From: Obrimoposthia wandeli
Lineage: Eukaryota
Assembly: GCA_977020255.1 (NCBI GenBank)
Contig: CDROCS010002814.1
Coordinates: 1-64,000 of the forward strand
Direction: 5' to 3'
DNA length: 64,000 bases
This document shows, in pieces, positions 39,936 to 51,480 of the stretch. The number at the start of each line of letters is the position of its first letter. The first letter of the stretch is position 1. The notes under the pieces were generated by a model. That model did not search any database, was not told the origin of the DNA, and worked only from the letters and a program-made list of their open reading frames with translations. The position numbers were made by a program, and so were the translations under genes.

Positions 39936-41579
39936 CTACACAACAAACTGGTTGGTAATCCATCTAAATTTATCAGATATATCGGCCACTATTTTGCTGT
40001 TAGTTTTTATATCTTCCACGTTAGTTACATTGACATCTGTAGATTTATTGATTGCCATTATATTTTGGTTAATTTCTTCAGCCACCGCAGATTGCTGTTC
40101 TGCAGCACTTGCTATAAGAACGTTCATGTCATTAATCGCCGCAATTGACTGTTCTATTTCATTTATGGCTTTTCCAGTTTTAGCGGCTTGCTCCACACAG
40201 TTACTCGCTTGTGTTCGCCCAGAAACCAGTACAGCAACAGCGTTATTCGCACCTGCTTGAAGTTTCTCTATCATGGTTTGTATTTGTTGGGTTGATTCTT
40301 GGGTACGCTGAGCAAGCGTTCTAACTTCATCCGCAACAACTGAAAAACCTCGGCCTTGGTCACCAGCACGAGCTGCTTCTATGGCTGCATTAAGAGCCAA
40401 TAAATTTGTTTGATCCGCAATGCCGCGAATAACTTCTAAAATTACGCCGATACTCTGACTGTCTTCCGCTAATAATTCTATAACCGTAGAAGTTTTCTCA
40501 ACTTCTGAGGCTAACATGTTAATGGAAGTAACAGTGTTATCGACTATGTTTAGGCTATCAGAGGTAAGTTGGTTGGCCTCTTGAGCAGAATTTGACGCAA
40601 ATTGTGCATTTTTCGCAACTTCTTGTACTGTCGCACTCATTTGATTCATGGCGGTCGCTACTTGTTCCGTTTGATACTTTTGATCGCTAACTGTTTGTTT
40701 AGCCTCTAGGCTAGAGTGAGATAAGTTACTTGCAGCGGTTGTGGCTTCCTCGGCAGAGGTAATTAAAGTAGAGAGAACTTCTTTCATGTTTTTTTGCATT
40801 AAGCGGGCGTTATCTGCCAAAACTCCAATTTCATCACTGTTGTAATAGGTAATAGGCTGAGAGTAATCGCTTTCAGCGATGTATGATATTGCGGAGGATA
40901 TAACATGCACTGGTTTTATAATCAAAAGGCTAGACATATAGAAAAATATACCGACAGCGACTATCATACTAACAATAACAGAGATAATAGTCGTTATAAT
41001 GACTGTCTTGGAGTCGTCCAATGCTAAAGTGGCGGCTTTTTCCATAATGGTATGTAATTCTTTACCGGCATCCGCTAATAGTTTACTCGGTGCACGATCT
41101 ATTCCAGATACTGCTTTATCCCCGATGGCTGTGCTAAAATTTGAGGCGACAAATTCGTCATAGCCTTTTCGATAAGCTAAGCCCATGGATTTGTGCTCTT
41201 TAGCAAAGTTACTAAGAAGTTGCTCAATCTGAGATTCTTTAACGTTGGAGCTATGCTTCGATTCTTTAGCTATTTTTGCTGTTAGCATTGAAATTTGTTC
41301 TTGCACTTGTGCTTCTTTTTTTTGAAATTTATCCCAATATTTATTGCGTTGTTTACTATCTTGTCCTCTGATTAATACATTTTTCCACTCTTGGACCTGA
41401 GTTTTAAAGCTACTTTCTATAACGGATACTTGGTACTGGTTTTTAGATTCGTGAAGAATCAAGTTTTGGTACTCCAAAATTTGTCCCCATAAACTAACAA
41501 TCCCCCAAATAACCATTACCATTATTATAGAGAGGCAAACTAAGAGCGTGGCTGACAGTTTTGCTTTAATCGTTTTCAT
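39936..41579 (-). CDS. Methyl-accepting chemotaxis protein
   Basis: Two TM helices, HAMP, and [34 protein letters not shown]. Confidence 0.96.
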   Translation of the reverse strand: MKTIKAKLSATLLVCLSIIMVMVIWGIVSLWGQILEYQNLILHESKNQYQVSVIESSFKTQVQEWKNVLIRGQDSKQRNKYWDKFQKKEAQVQEQISMLTAKIAKESKHSSNVKESQIEQLLSNFAKEHKSMGLAYRKGYDEFVASNFSTAIGDKAVSGIDRAPSKLLADAGKELHTIMEKAATLALDDSKTVIITTIISVIVSMIVAVGIFFYMSSLLIIKPVHVISSAISYIAESDYSQPITYYNSDEIGVLADNARLMQKNMKEVLSTLITSAEEATTAASNLSHSSLEAKQTVSDQKYQTEQVATAMNQMSATVQEVAKNAQFASNSAQEANQLTSDSLNIVDNTVTSINMLASEVEKTSTVIELLAEDSQSIGVILEVIRGIADQTNLLALNAAIEAARAGDQGRGFSVVADEVRTLAQRTQESTQQIQTMIEKLQAGANNAVAVLVSGRTQASNCVEQAAKTGKAINEIEQSIAAINDMNVLIASAAEQQSAVAEEINQNIMAINKSTDVNVTNVEDIKTNSKIVADISDKFRWITNQFVV

Positions 41580-42410
41580 AGATATCCTTTTTTATTGGAG
41601 TTCTTTTGAAAAAACATTTCAAGAGCTCTATTAACATAATATGAAAAGGCTAGTAATACCAGAAAAGAAAACCCTGTTGGTTCTGCATTTATTGTTCGTG
41701 CTTTAAGTGCTTTAAGCGGTAAAACTGGTGATGGCATTGAGTCTTGAAGAAAGCCTAAAGAGGCATCTAGGATGATATTATACAAATAGCCTACGAAGCA
41801 GATATAGAGAAAACTTTCTAAGATTGGAGTGCCTTAAGCAATCATAAATATTCCGTAAGTTGAGAAGTGATTAAAAGCAGTTAAGGTGATCATTGCGTTT
41901 GAAAAAATGCTCAAAGGCATTAAATAACATCAAATAATTACGAATAGCGATGAAGTATCAAAATTGGACTGACAACCAAAGTAGGTTATAAATTCGCTTA
42001 GATACGTCACCATTAAACACGCCGGACATTGATAACAAAAGGCATCTTCAATGACCCTATGGGAGAGTTGCTTTTAAACGCCTTACCAGTTTTGCAAAAA
42101 GGGGGAGAGTCATTTTCGTTCAATCTATAGCGACAGATAAAGAGTACAAGAATTTGATCTTTAACTTGTTGAGAATAGAAAACTCAGCAGCCGAGATGTT
42201 TCTAACTCCCAAAATTATGAATAAAGAAATGGTTAACTCCTTTCTACTAACATGTTTTTGCTATCAGTAGCCTGAGTAGGATATTCCACTAGTCTTCGCA
42301 TGATTTTTGCTTTGGACTTGCATTTCTGTGCATGCTAGATTTTAATAGATAATGTTTCGTCGGATTTTAAATGCATTAAAAACTTTCTAGGCGATTCAGG
42401 GGAGGGAATA

Positions 42411-45233
42411 TTGCACTCTAAATCATTATTTTATTTTTATTCATTTTGTAGTACTTGTAAAAGCGAGTTTTTTCAACGCTCTAGAATTCAAATTTTAAAA
42501 ACTTTATTTTTTTGTTTAGTTCTATTCTCAACACACATCTTCGCCTTAGATAAGGTCAAATTACAACTTAAATATCTCCACCAATTTCAATTTTCAGGCT
42601 ATTACGCTGCACTAGAGCAAGGTTATTATAACGCTGCGGGCTTAGATGTTGAAATCATTGAGGGGCAAAAGGGTGATGAGCCATTACAAGCCGTTGTCTC
42701 CGGTGATGCTCAATTTGGGATAGGAAGCAGCAGCTTAATTCTTGAACATAGCAAAAAAGAGCCTGTGGTAGTCTTAAGTGTTATTTTCCAACACTCTCCT
42801 TATACATTATTAATGCCAAAACTTTCAGACACTCAAAGCATTCATAATATTGTTGGTAAAAGGGTCATGATTGCTGACCAAGCTGATGAGTTAATTGCCT
42901 ATTTAAATAAAGAATCTATATCTATAGAACATTTATCTATGCTGCCCCATAGCTTTGATCCTAATGATTTAATGGAAGGAAAAGTCGATGGTTTTTCAGC
43001 TTATACTACTAATGAAACGGGCTATTTAGATAGGCAAGGTTTTAGCTATCATGCCTTTAGCCCACGTTCTGCAGGCATAGATTTTTACGGTGATAATTTA
43101 TTTACTAGTGAGAGAGAAATCAAAAATAATCCTGAACGGGTAGAAGCATTTAGAAAAGCCAGTATGCGTGGCTGGGCTTATGCTTTTAAAAACCCTCAGG
43201 AAACAATTGATCTTATTTTAAAAAAATATTCAACCAGAAATACCTCAGAACATCTCAATTACGAATACCAACAAATGGTCCCGTTAATTCAGCCCAAGTT
43301 AGTGGATATAGGTTATATGAATCCTGGCCGCTGGCGCCATATTGCAGATACTTATGCCGAATTGGGTATGCTAACGAAGAGCTATCAATTTGATGGCTTT
43401 TTATATGATAGAAATCCGCCTTTGAGCATGTTTTGGTGGTATGTACCATTTGCAACTCTGTTATTAATTATGCTACTCATCAGCGCAGTACATTTTCGCA
43501 ATAGAGCCAGAGAAAGGCTACTGGCACGAGAGGAAATAGAATTCCAAAATGTGATGTTATCTACTCAACAAGAAGCTTCTCGTGATGGCATGCTATCCAT
43601 TGATGTGGATGGTCGGATCATCTCGGCTAATAGGCGATTTATAGATTTGTGGCAAGCTGATGAGGCTATTATTGAGAGAGGCGACGATAAGGAATTATTA
43701 AACATTGTTGTTAAACAGCTTATGTACCCTGATGATTTCTTGAAGCGAATTAATGAAATCATTGAGCAACGAGAGCTAATTTGCACAGATGAAATTGCTT
43801 TTAAAGACGGTAGAACAATGGAAAGATACTCTGCGCCAATGATATCTAAATCAGGTCAATATACAGGAAGGCTATGGAGTTTTAGAGATATCACTGCGAG
43901 AAAAGAAGCGAATGAGGTGATATGGAATCAGGCGAATTTAGATTTTCTAACAGGTTTGCCAAACCGTTATCTTTTTTTAAATAGATTACAAACAGCCATA
44001 AAAAGCGCTGAAAATAAGCAGAATAAAATAGCATTGTTGTTTCTTGATTTAGATCAGTTTAAGGCAGTTAATGATACTTTAGGCCACCATGTTGGCGATA
44101 AATTAATTCAAGAAACGGCTAAAAGACTACTTATTTGTACTCCCGCTACGGATACCATCGCGCGACTAGGGGGTGATGAATTCACGATTATATTAGGGGA
44201 TTTAGCCAACTTGCAGGGGGTTGAAGATATAGTGAATAAAGCGCTTTACCAGTTATCGCTGCCCTTTAAAATTGGTAATGAATTAGTTTATATTTCTACC
44301 AGTATTGGTATCACTATTTACCCAGATGATGGTATTGACGCAAACTCTTTAATAAAAAATGCTGATCAGGCTATGTACGCTGCAAAGAATTCAGGGCGCA
44401 ATAAATTTAATTACTTCACGGCTCAGATGCATGAAAAGGTCATAAAGAGACTTAATTTAATCAATGACCTTCGAGATGCTTTAGAAAAAAAACAGTTTAG
44501 GCTGCATTATCAACCAATTATTCGCTTAGAGGACGGGGCTATTGTAAAAGCTGAAGCGTTAATACGCTGGGATAACCCTAGTCGCGGTCCAATAGGCCCT
44601 GATGAATTCATACCCTTAGCAGAAGAGACAGGTATGATTAATCAAATAGGTAACTGGGTTTTTCAAACCTCTATCAAGAAGCTGGCTTACTGGCGCACTC
44701 ATTACAACAAAGACTTACAAATCAGTATTAATGTATCTCCCGCTCAATTTGGTACCGCTGGAGGAATTGATCTTTGGAGCGAGGAATTAGAAGCACTGAA
44801 ACTCTCTGGTAACTCTCTAATAATAGAGATTACGGAAAGGTTATTGATGGAGCCTAGTCAAGACGTTTTTGAAAGGTTAATTGGTTTTTCTGATGCGAAC
44901 ATTAATGTTGCCTTAGACGATTTTGGTACAGGTTATTCTTCCTTAGCTTATCTAAATAGATTCGATATAGATTACTTAAAAATAGATAAGGCTTTTGTCT
45001 GTAATTTAAAGCCAAAATCTAACGACTTAGCGTTATGTGAAGCCATTGTAGTCATGGCTCATAAATTAGGCATAAAAGTTATCGCCGAGGGTATTGAAAC
45101 TCAAGAGCAGCTAACACTGCTAACGACAATAGGATGCGATTTTGGCCAAGGTTTTTTCATAGCGAAACCAATAACAGAAGCTGAGTTTGAGCTCCTGCTA
45201 AATGATAGCTATAGTGCGCTAGTTAGTAATTAA
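42411..45233 (+). CDS. GGDEF-EAL protein with an N-terminal NMT1/THI5-like periplasmic binding domain and a PAS domain
   Basis: LQLKYLHQFQFSGYYAALEQGYY (SsuA/THI5-like), TM helix, PAS (SANRRFIDLW...WSFRDIT), RLGGDEF, KAEALIRW, DDFGTGYSSL and AEGIET. Confidence 0.92.
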   Translation: MHSKSLFYFYSFCSTCKSEFFQRSRIQILKTLFFCLVLFSTHIFALDKVKLQLKYLHQFQFSGYYAALEQGYYNAAGLDVEIIEGQKGDEPLQAVVSGDAQFGIGSSSLILEHSKKEPVVVLSVIFQHSPYTLLMPKLSDTQSIHNIVGKRVMIADQADELIAYLNKESISIEHLSMLPHSFDPNDLMEGKVDGFSAYTTNETGYLDRQGFSYHAFSPRSAGIDFYGDNLFTSEREIKNNPERVEAFRKASMRGWAYAFKNPQETIDLILKKYSTRNTSEHLNYEYQQMVPLIQPKLVDIGYMNPGRWRHIADTYAELGMLTKSYQFDGFLYDRNPPLSMFWWYVPFATLLLIMLLISAVHFRNRARERLLAREEIEFQNVMLSTQQEASRDGMLSIDVDGRIISANRRFIDLWQADEAIIERGDDKELLNIVVKQLMYPDDFLKRINEIIEQRELICTDEIAFKDGRTMERYSAPMISKSGQYTGRLWSFRDITARKEANEVIWNQANLDFLTGLPNRYLFLNRLQTAIKSAENKQNKIALLFLDLDQFKAVNDTLGHHVGDKLIQETAKRLLICTPATDTIARLGGDEFTIILGDLANLQGVEDIVNKALYQLSLPFKIGNELVYISTSIGITIYPDDGIDANSLIKNADQAMYAAKNSGRNKFNYFTAQMHEKVIKRLNLINDLRDALEKKQFRLHYQPIIRLEDGAIVKAEALIRWDNPSRGPIGPDEFIPLAEETGMINQIGNWVFQTSIKKLAYWRTHYNKDLQISINVSPAQFGTAGGIDLWSEELEALKLSGNSLIIEITERLLMEPSQDVFERLIGFSDANINVALDDFGTGYSSLAYLNRFDIDYLKIDKAFVCNLKPKSNDLALCEAIVVMAHKLGIKVIAEGIETQEQLTLLTTIGCDFGQGFFIAKPITEAEFELLLNDSYSALVSN

Positions 45234-45512
45234 AGCTTGTGCCTCATACGTGTTATTGATGTTTTCTAAATACAATTATGCTCGCTGAACTCTTTTGGAT
45301 GTTACGGTATACCGAACTTCGCCAAGTAACTTGGGCTTGCGGCATATAAAATGTTTAACTAGGCTACAAGATAAGTTTCTAAACGTGTCTACTAATGATT
45401 TATTAAAATAATTATACAGATGTAGATATGGTGCGAAGATTAATGGGCATGTTAGTGACTAGATCAGGGTATCGTGCCAATTATGACGAGACTCTATGAT
45501 TTTTATAATATC

Positions 45513-45797
45513 TTAAGGGTGTATATGCCAGCATAATTTGGCTAAAATTTGGCTTTTTTTTATAGCGCCCATTTTCTCACTGGAAAGAGTGTCTAAGCCA
45601 TCACCTGACAACCAGTAATTCTGATTCTCATCAATAGCAGAAATGCGTTTAATAATTTCTGAATATTTTATGTGTTGCACAATCACGATATCATTAACTT
45701 TATACGGGTTAAAAAAGCTTTTAGCTGCAAAAATGTAATCACCGTGTTGCAAAGTAGGCGTCATGCTATTGCCAGAGATTCGTCGAAGGTAAAGCAT
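45513..45797 (-). CDS. sodX: Nickel superoxide dismutase maturation protease
   Basis: S26-like ISGNSMTPTL, IIKRI and LSGDG...SSEKMG, directly downstream of sodN. Confidence 0.88.
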   Translation of the reverse strand: MLYLRRISGNSMTPTLQHGDYIFAAKSFFNPYKVNDIVIVQHIKYSEIIKRISAIDENQNYWLSGDGLDTLSSEKMGAIKKSQILAKLCWHIHP

Positions 45798-45889
45798 AAG
45801 AATTGGCTTAAAGTGAGTAAATCATAGGAATAGAAAATACTCACAACAGCATTTTGATGCTATTGTGAGTCGTAATAACGTTAGCTTGA

Positions 45890-46387
45890 TTAGCCTAGTT
45901 TAGGGTAAACAACGCTTAGTGCAGGTGGGTAAGGGCAAGTTGCAGTGAAAGTTTCAACGCTTTTAGTTTTCCAGAAGCTTGTTGCAAATTGGTTTACTAA
46001 GTTAAGTAGTTCTTCCCCTGCAGCACGATCAATACCTTGCTTGCATTTAGAACCAGTTAACATGATGTTATGTACTAGCTCGTTAGTACCTGGGCATGCT
46101 TCAAACTGTGCAGCTTTAAAGTAATCGCCCCACATGATACGCACTTCTTGCTTAACTTTTTCTGCATGAATTTCTTTTTCAGAAACCAAACGAACAAGTT
46201 TAGCTTGATCTGCTAGAGTTAACTCTTTGCCATCAAGCTCAGCAATTTGATCCATGAAGCGAATAACAGTCAATGCAGCTAGCTGCATTGTACTTGGATC
46301 GTAGATACCGCAAGGCACGTCACAATGCGCGCTAACAGATTTAATGTTAAGTAAAGAATCTAGTGCAGTAGTAATTTGATGAATCAT
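45890..46387 (-). CDS. sodN: Nickel superoxide dismutase precursor
   Basis: Ni-hook HCDVPCGIYDP after a 20-aa propeptide. Confidence 0.96.
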   Translation of the reverse strand: MIHQITTALDSLLNIKSVSAHCDVPCGIYDPSTMQLAALTVIRFMDQIAELDGKELTLADQAKLVRLVSEKEIHAEKVKQEVRIMWGDYFKAAQFEACPGTNELVHNIMLTGSKCKQGIDRAAGEELLNLVNQFATSFWKTKSVETFTATCPYPPALSVVYPKLG

Positions 46388-46700
46388 TTTATTGCCTCTG
46401 AATATCTTGCTGTTACCAATTTATGTTAAGAGTATTTAATCTAACAACAGCGTTGTAAAAATATATAAATACGATGTTGGATAATACCTTAGTTTTTTAC
46501 TAAAGAATAACATCTAGTAGAATATTCGCTAAAATATTCAGATATATAATTAGTGCCGTCTTAATATACTCGATAACATACTGCAAAACAGAGTTTGGGG
46601 AGAGCAGGGGATTTTGAAAGTAAGTGCAACAATCAAAGTAGCTTGATGCACTTATTATAGGGGCGAAAAAGTGTAGATAGTAAAGCCTAAAACTTAGTTT

Positions 46701-46970
46701 TTAAGGCGCTGTTTTACAAGCTTCTTGCCAAAGCATGTTTATCCCTGATTTATCATCTTCGGATAATTTATCTACTGCTAATGCGCTTGCTAAGCTGCTG
46801 TGCATCGTATCGAAAAAATTCGCGTCGTTTTTTGCATCAGCCATCGACAGACTGGTATGTGCAATTAAATAGCTACAATAAAAGCGGCGATTGTCTTCAT
46901 CACAATCTTCTTGTGTTAACAACCATTGAAAAACATTTTCAGCTTGTGATGTGTTCATTCTAGAATCCAA
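46701..46970 (-). CDS. YfcL family protein
   Basis: Short helical protein with FYCSYLIAH...SL and LSEDDK; similar to YfcL-like proteins. Confidence 0.65.
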   Translation of the reverse strand: MDSRMNTSQAENVFQWLLTQEDCDEDNRRFYCSYLIAHTSLSMADAKNDANFFDTMHSSLASALAVDKLSEDDKSGINMLWQEACKTAP

Positions 46971-46973
46971 AAT

Positions 46974-47678
46974 TTAAGATAGTTTGTTCAATACAATCGA
47001 ATAGGATTGCCCGTCAGTTTCTATTTGTAGTAACTGAGAGATGACAAAATTATGTTTCGTTGAGAACCAAATATAAGTTTCTCTTTTAGCGTTTGCGCCA
47101 CGATCCAGTTTTAATTTGATGCTTTTCAAGTTGCCGATAGGCGTGCTGATAATTTCAGTGCCCAGCTCAATAAATTTCATAGTGTCAATTGAGTCTTTTT
47201 TGGCAACAGGGTAGCTAAAATTACCTCTTTGGCCACGTTGCAAATCCATTTGTAACTGTAATTGGTAACTTAAGCGATCCTGAGTGTTAGTTAATAACGA
47301 AAAGGTTTTATTATCACGGTTTGTGGCTTTTTTCTGTGCCCATTGAAAAGAGATATCACGTTTTTTCTTTTTGCCTAATACTTTACGCAAGTAATGATAA
47401 TTTTGTGGCTGTATACTATTACCTGATATTTTTAATTGACTGCTTTCTTCTATCGATGCTAAAAAAGAGCTAATGTTATCTTTAAGTAGCCATTGACCAT
47501 TTTTTTGCTTAGTTAAACTTCTTACAAGCGTTCCGTTAAAGTCAATTTTGGTTTTAATATTAGCGATGTAGGTTGCTTGAAAGGGCTCAATGGCAAAACT
47601 AAAGGTACTAAAAGTAGCAATTATCAATGCACATGCCGTTACTATTAGTTGGCGGTTGAAAATAAATTTTAAACTCAT
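46974..47678 (-). CDS. DUF3108 domain exported protein
   Basis: Signal peptide, QDRLSYQLQL, TPIGNLKSIKL and TYIWF. Usual position downstream of purN. Confidence 0.8.
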   Translation of the reverse strand: MSLKFIFNRQLIVTACALIIATFSTFSFAIEPFQATYIANIKTKIDFNGTLVRSLTKQKNGQWLLKDNISSFLASIEESSQLKISGNSIQPQNYHYLRKVLGKKKKRDISFQWAQKKATNRDNKTFSLLTNTQDRLSYQLQLQMDLQRGQRGNFSYPVAKKDSIDTMKFIELGTEIISTPIGNLKSIKLKLDRGANAKRETYIWFSTKHNFVISQLLQIETDGQSYSIVLNKLS

Positions 47679-47786
47679 AAATGCAAACCTTTTGTCATCA
47701 ATGTTTTAATAGATTAAGAGTCTCTGGCCAATCCCAGCTAGAAGCACTTAGGAAATACTATAAATTTAATTAACTACCATTAATGT

Positions 47787-48440
47787 TTAAATAGCGTCAA
47801 AGGTAAGTTGGAAACCTTTTTTACTGAGAAGTTCATCATCTAGCCATAATTTATCTTCACGACACTGCAATCGTTCTTCGCAAAACCACTTCACTACTTT
47901 AGGATAGGCTATGTGTTCTGTTTTATGGACTTTTTGCTGTAATGATGGTGCATCATCTGTTGCCGCTATCGTTACAATCGCTTGTAAGGCGACAGGGCCG
48001 CCATCTAACTCAGGTGTCACAAAATGGACAGAGCAGCCGTGCTCTTCATCTCCGGCATCTATAGCGCGTTGATGAGTGTCTAAGCCTTTATACTTAGGCA
48101 GTAAGGAAGGGTGTATATTGAGTATTTTTCCTGCAAAGTACTCAACAAATTCAGGCGTTAAAATGCGCATGAATCCAGCCAGTACGATGAGATCAACTTG
48201 AGATTGCTCTAGATTTTCGAGCAGTGCGCGATCAAAATCGTTACGGTTTAAATAGTGGGTGTGTTGCAGTACTTTTGTTTCAATACCTGCTAGCTTGGCG
48301 CGTTCTAGTCCATAAGCATCCTGCTTATTGGAAATAACTAACACCAATTCACCATCAATTTCTCTGCGGCTTACAGCATCTATAATTGCTTGTAAATTAG
48401 AGCCATTGCCAGATATTAGTACTGCAATACGTTTTTTCAT
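47787..48440 (-). CDS. purN: Phosphoribosylglycinamide formyltransferase
   Basis: LISGNGSNLQA, LAGFMRIL, NIHPSLLP and HFVTPELDGGP. Confidence 0.97.
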   Translation of the reverse strand: MKKRIAVLISGNGSNLQAIIDAVSRREIDGELVLVISNKQDAYGLERAKLAGIETKVLQHTHYLNRNDFDRALLENLEQSQVDLIVLAGFMRILTPEFVEYFAGKILNIHPSLLPKYKGLDTHQRAIDAGDEEHGCSVHFVTPELDGGPVALQAIVTIAATDDAPSLQQKVHKTEHIAYPKVVKWFCEERLQCREDKLWLDDELLSKKGFQLTFDAI

Positions 48441-48466
48441 TCAGCTTAAACCTTAAATAGCTAATA

Positions 48467-49516
48467 CTAATCAACAATTTCAACTTGTTCTTCGCTATCG
48501 GTTGCTGCGGCTATTTCGCCGATTAACCAAGCCGATTCGCCTTGAGCGTTTAAGCAGTCAATTGCTTGTTGTTGTTGATCAGCAGGTACGCAAATAACTA
48601 AGCCAACGCCACAGTTAAAAGTACGGTACATTTCGACAGAGTCAACATTACCGTTTTCTTGCAGCCATTGAAAAATAGCCGGCAGTGTCCAAGATTTTTT
48701 GTTAATAATCGCTTTACTGTTGGCGGGTAATACACGAGGGATATTTTCCAATAAACCACCGCCAGTGATGTGCGATAAAGCATTAACTTGTACTTCTTTA
48801 ATCAGCTTTAAGACAGACTTTACGTAAATTCTGGTAGGTTCTAGTAATGCATCTTTCAAAGGTCTGCCAGCTAGGTCTTGCTCTAAATCTGCATTGCTTA
48901 CTTCGATAATTTTTCGGATCAAAGAATAACCGTTTGAATGTGGCCCTGACGATGCAACACCAATAAGCGCGTCACCTGTTCTAACTTTAGAGCCGTCGAT
49001 AATTTCAGATTTTTCCACGATGCCAGTGCAAAAGCCGGCTAAATCATAATCTTCACCATGATACATACCTGGCATTTCCGCGGTTTCGCCGCCGACAAGT
49101 GCACAACCTGAAAGCTCGCAACCTTTACCGATACCTGCAACCACAGCTGAGGCTGTATCAACGTTTAGTTTGCCCGTTGCGTAATAATCTAAGAAATAAA
49201 GAGGCTCGGCACCGGCAACGATCAAATCGTTAACGCACATAGCTACTAAATCAATACCAATAGTATCGTGTTTGTTTAAATCCATGGCTAAACGAAGTTT
49301 TGTGCCCACTCCATCTGTACCTGACACAAGTACTGGTTGTTTATAACCTGCAGGTATTTCACATAAACCGCCAAAACCACCTAGACCACCAAGTACTTCA
49401 GGACGAGTGGTTTTTTTTGCGACATGTTTGATGCGTTCAACAAGTGCATTACCAGCGTCAATATCGACACCTGCATCTTTATAGCTTAAGGAGGTAGTAT
49501 TTGAATCGTTAGACAT
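48467..49516 (-). CDS. purM: Phosphoribosylformylglycinamidine cyclo-ligase (AIR synthetase)
   Basis: [37 protein letters not shown] and TFNCGVG. Start placed at MSNDS; the ORF track starts at 49537. Confidence 0.97.
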   Translation of the reverse strand: MSNDSNTTSLSYKDAGVDIDAGNALVERIKHVAKKTTRPEVLGGLGGFGGLCEIPAGYKQPVLVSGTDGVGTKLRLAMDLNKHDTIGIDLVAMCVNDLIVAGAEPLYFLDYYATGKLNVDTASAVVAGIGKGCELSGCALVGGETAEMPGMYHGEDYDLAGFCTGIVEKSEIIDGSKVRTGDALIGVASSGPHSNGYSLIRKIIEVSNADLEQDLAGRPLKDALLEPTRIYVKSVLKLIKEVQVNALSHITGGGLLENIPRVLPANSKAIINKKSWTLPAIFQWLQENGNVDSVEMYRTFNCGVGLVICVPADQQQQAIDCLNAQGESAWLIGEIAAATDSEEQVEIVD

Positions 49517-49762
49517 AACATAGACCTTTAAAGTCAAAACAGAGGAAATTGAGCAGTGAATTATTCGCGGCGAATATTAACAGATAGCAACAAAACATGC
49601 TAATAGCACTCGCGTAAAAATAGCAGATTTTAGCGCTTAAATAACTGACTTTGAAGTCAGCTATTACTTATGCATTTACTTGGTTTGTGAAATTACTTAG
49701 CAGACTTTAATCACACTTTTTGTTAGCATTTGTGCTTAAATTATTATGTAGAGTCAAATTAG

Positions 49763-50875
49763 ATGGAAATTTCGCAACGTTGGTTTTTACTAATCGTCAT
49801 CATTATCTTAGGCTATTTGCTTGTTTTGCTGGGGCCAATACTTTCCCCCTTTTTAGTGGGCGCATTATTAGCCTATTTAGCGGATCCTATTACTGATAAA
49901 TTGGAAACCTATAAATTAAGCAGAACAAATGCAGTGCTGGTTGTTTTTACTTGCATTATGTTTGTATTTCTACTGGCTTTTTTGATTATTCTGCCAAAGC
50001 TTACAGGTCAGCTAGGTGTTGTTATCAAGCAGATACCTTTAGCCTTAAATTTAGTCGAGCTAAAAGTGATGCCTTTTTTGCAAAGCAACCTTGGCTTAGA
50101 AACCGGTGATTTTGATTTTTCTTTCTTCAAGACGTTAATAACAGATAATTTTAAACAAACAGGTAGTTTAATTAACAATGTTTTATCGGGTATCGCTAGT
50201 TCTGGTTTAGCTATCGTAGCTTGGTTAGCAAATGTTGTATTAGTCCCTGTCGTGCTTTTCTATCTGTTGCGTGATTGGGACATAATGATAGAGAAAATTA
50301 ATCATTTGCTTCCACGTGATATAGAGCCAAAAATTAGTATTTTGACTAAAGAGTGCGATGAAGTATTAGGTGCTTTTATCAAAGGTCAATTCATGGTAAT
50401 GGTTGCTTTAGGTGTTGTTTATAGTGTTGGTTTGTGGTTTGTGGGCTTGGATTTAGCTCTCATTTTAGGAATGTTAGCTGGTGTGGCGAGTATAGTACCT
50501 TATATGGGGTTTATTGTTGGTATCATAGCTGCCGGGATTGCGGCAATGGTGCAATTTAACGACCCTAGTATTTTGCTTTGGGTTACGGTTGTTTTTGCAA
50601 TAGGCCAAGCGCTAGAGGGGATGGTATTAACTCCTTTGCTGGTAGGTGATAAAATTGGTTTGCATCCAGTAGCCGTTATTTTTTCGATAATGGCAGGTGG
50701 GCAGTTGTTCGGATTTATCGGTATATTGATTGCTTTGCCAGTAGCGGCGTTGATAATGGTGTTTTTGCGCCATTTGCACTTAGGCTACAAGCAAAGCTCA
50801 TTATACGATAGTGCTAAAGTGTTAGATATATCTGTTGAAGAAGCGGTACAAACACAAAGTGATACTGATGTATAA
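49763..50875 (+). CDS. AI-2E (PerM-like) family transporter
   Basis: PFLVGALLAYLADP, FYLLRD, IVPYMG, EGMVLTPLLVG, LHPVAVI and GILIALP. Confidence 0.92.
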   Translation: MEISQRWFLLIVIIILGYLLVLLGPILSPFLVGALLAYLADPITDKLETYKLSRTNAVLVVFTCIMFVFLLAFLIILPKLTGQLGVVIKQIPLALNLVELKVMPFLQSNLGLETGDFDFSFFKTLITDNFKQTGSLINNVLSGIASSGLAIVAWLANVVLVPVVLFYLLRDWDIMIEKINHLLPRDIEPKISILTKECDEVLGAFIKGQFMVMVALGVVYSVGLWFVGLDLALILGMLAGVASIVPYMGFIVGIIAAGIAAMVQFNDPSILLWVTVVFAIGQALEGMVLTPLLVGDKIGLHPVAVIFSIMAGGQLFGFIGILIALPVAALIMVFLRHLHLGYKQSSLYDSAKVLDISVEEAVQTQSDTDV

Positions 50876-50881
50876 CTAGAG

Positions 50882-50920
50882 TTTAAATAACCGTTCATAG
50901 TTAACAAACGGTTATTTAAA
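50882..50920. terminator. Bidirectional terminator (14-bp perfect inverted repeat)
   Basis: TTTAAATAACCGTT ... AACGGTTATTTAAA between the convergent AI-2E and dsbB genes. Confidence 0.8.
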
Positions 50921-50940
50921 TGCTTAGGGTTTTATACGCA

Positions 50941-51480
50941 CTAGTTATTAAATAAATGTAACCCGCGATCACGCTTTCCAAAAAACAAATTCAATAATAA
51001 TGATACGGCACCAAGTGCAATGATGAACCATGAGCAGTAAATTAATCCTTCTGCCATGGTGATTTCAAGCCATAACATAGGTGTATATCCGCAAGCTTCC
51101 CAAGCTTGAAATACACTGGGGATCCATTCATCAAGTGGTAACCATGTTGGAAAGTTAGGTTTAAAACCGCAGCTACCTTCTACTAAATTACGCTCTATCA
51201 ATAGTAAGTAATCTGATTTCAAATACAAACCTACACCACTTGCAATTAATAATAAGTTCATCAGATTTGCTAGTATTCTATAGTGACAAGCAAAGATAGC
51301 GATTAAAGCAGTTATCATCACTGAAAAGACAATGGCACGAATTTCAACGCAAAGCACGCAGGGGCCGTAGCCTAGTTGATATTGAAAATAAAGAGCTATT
51401 AACTCAAGGGAAAGAGCAAATAAGAAAATTAACAACCAATAGCCTGAAGAACGACAAAAATTAGCGGCTAGCTTTAGCAT
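50941..51480 (-). CDS. dsbB: Disulfide bond formation protein B
   Basis: PCVLC redox motif, a second Cys pair (GSC...AC), four TM helices and WLPLDEWIP. Confidence 0.93.
   Translation of the reverse strand: MLKLAANFCRSSGYWLLIFLFALSLELIALYFQYQLGYGPCVLCVEIRAIVFSVMITALIAIFACHYRILANLMNLLLIASGVGLYLKSDYLLLIERNLVEGSCGFKPNFPTWLPLDEWIPSVFQAWEACGYTPMLWLEITMAEGLIYCSWFIIALGAVSLLLNLFFGKRDRGLHLFNN

Noticed and set aside
41576-41785. 69-aa ORF upstream of the MCP
   Set aside because: Low-complexity composition, TTG start and no family signal; probably promoter/UTR sequence.
49538-49762. PurR box upstream of purM
   Set aside because: No ACGCAAACGTTTGCGT-like palindrome seen.
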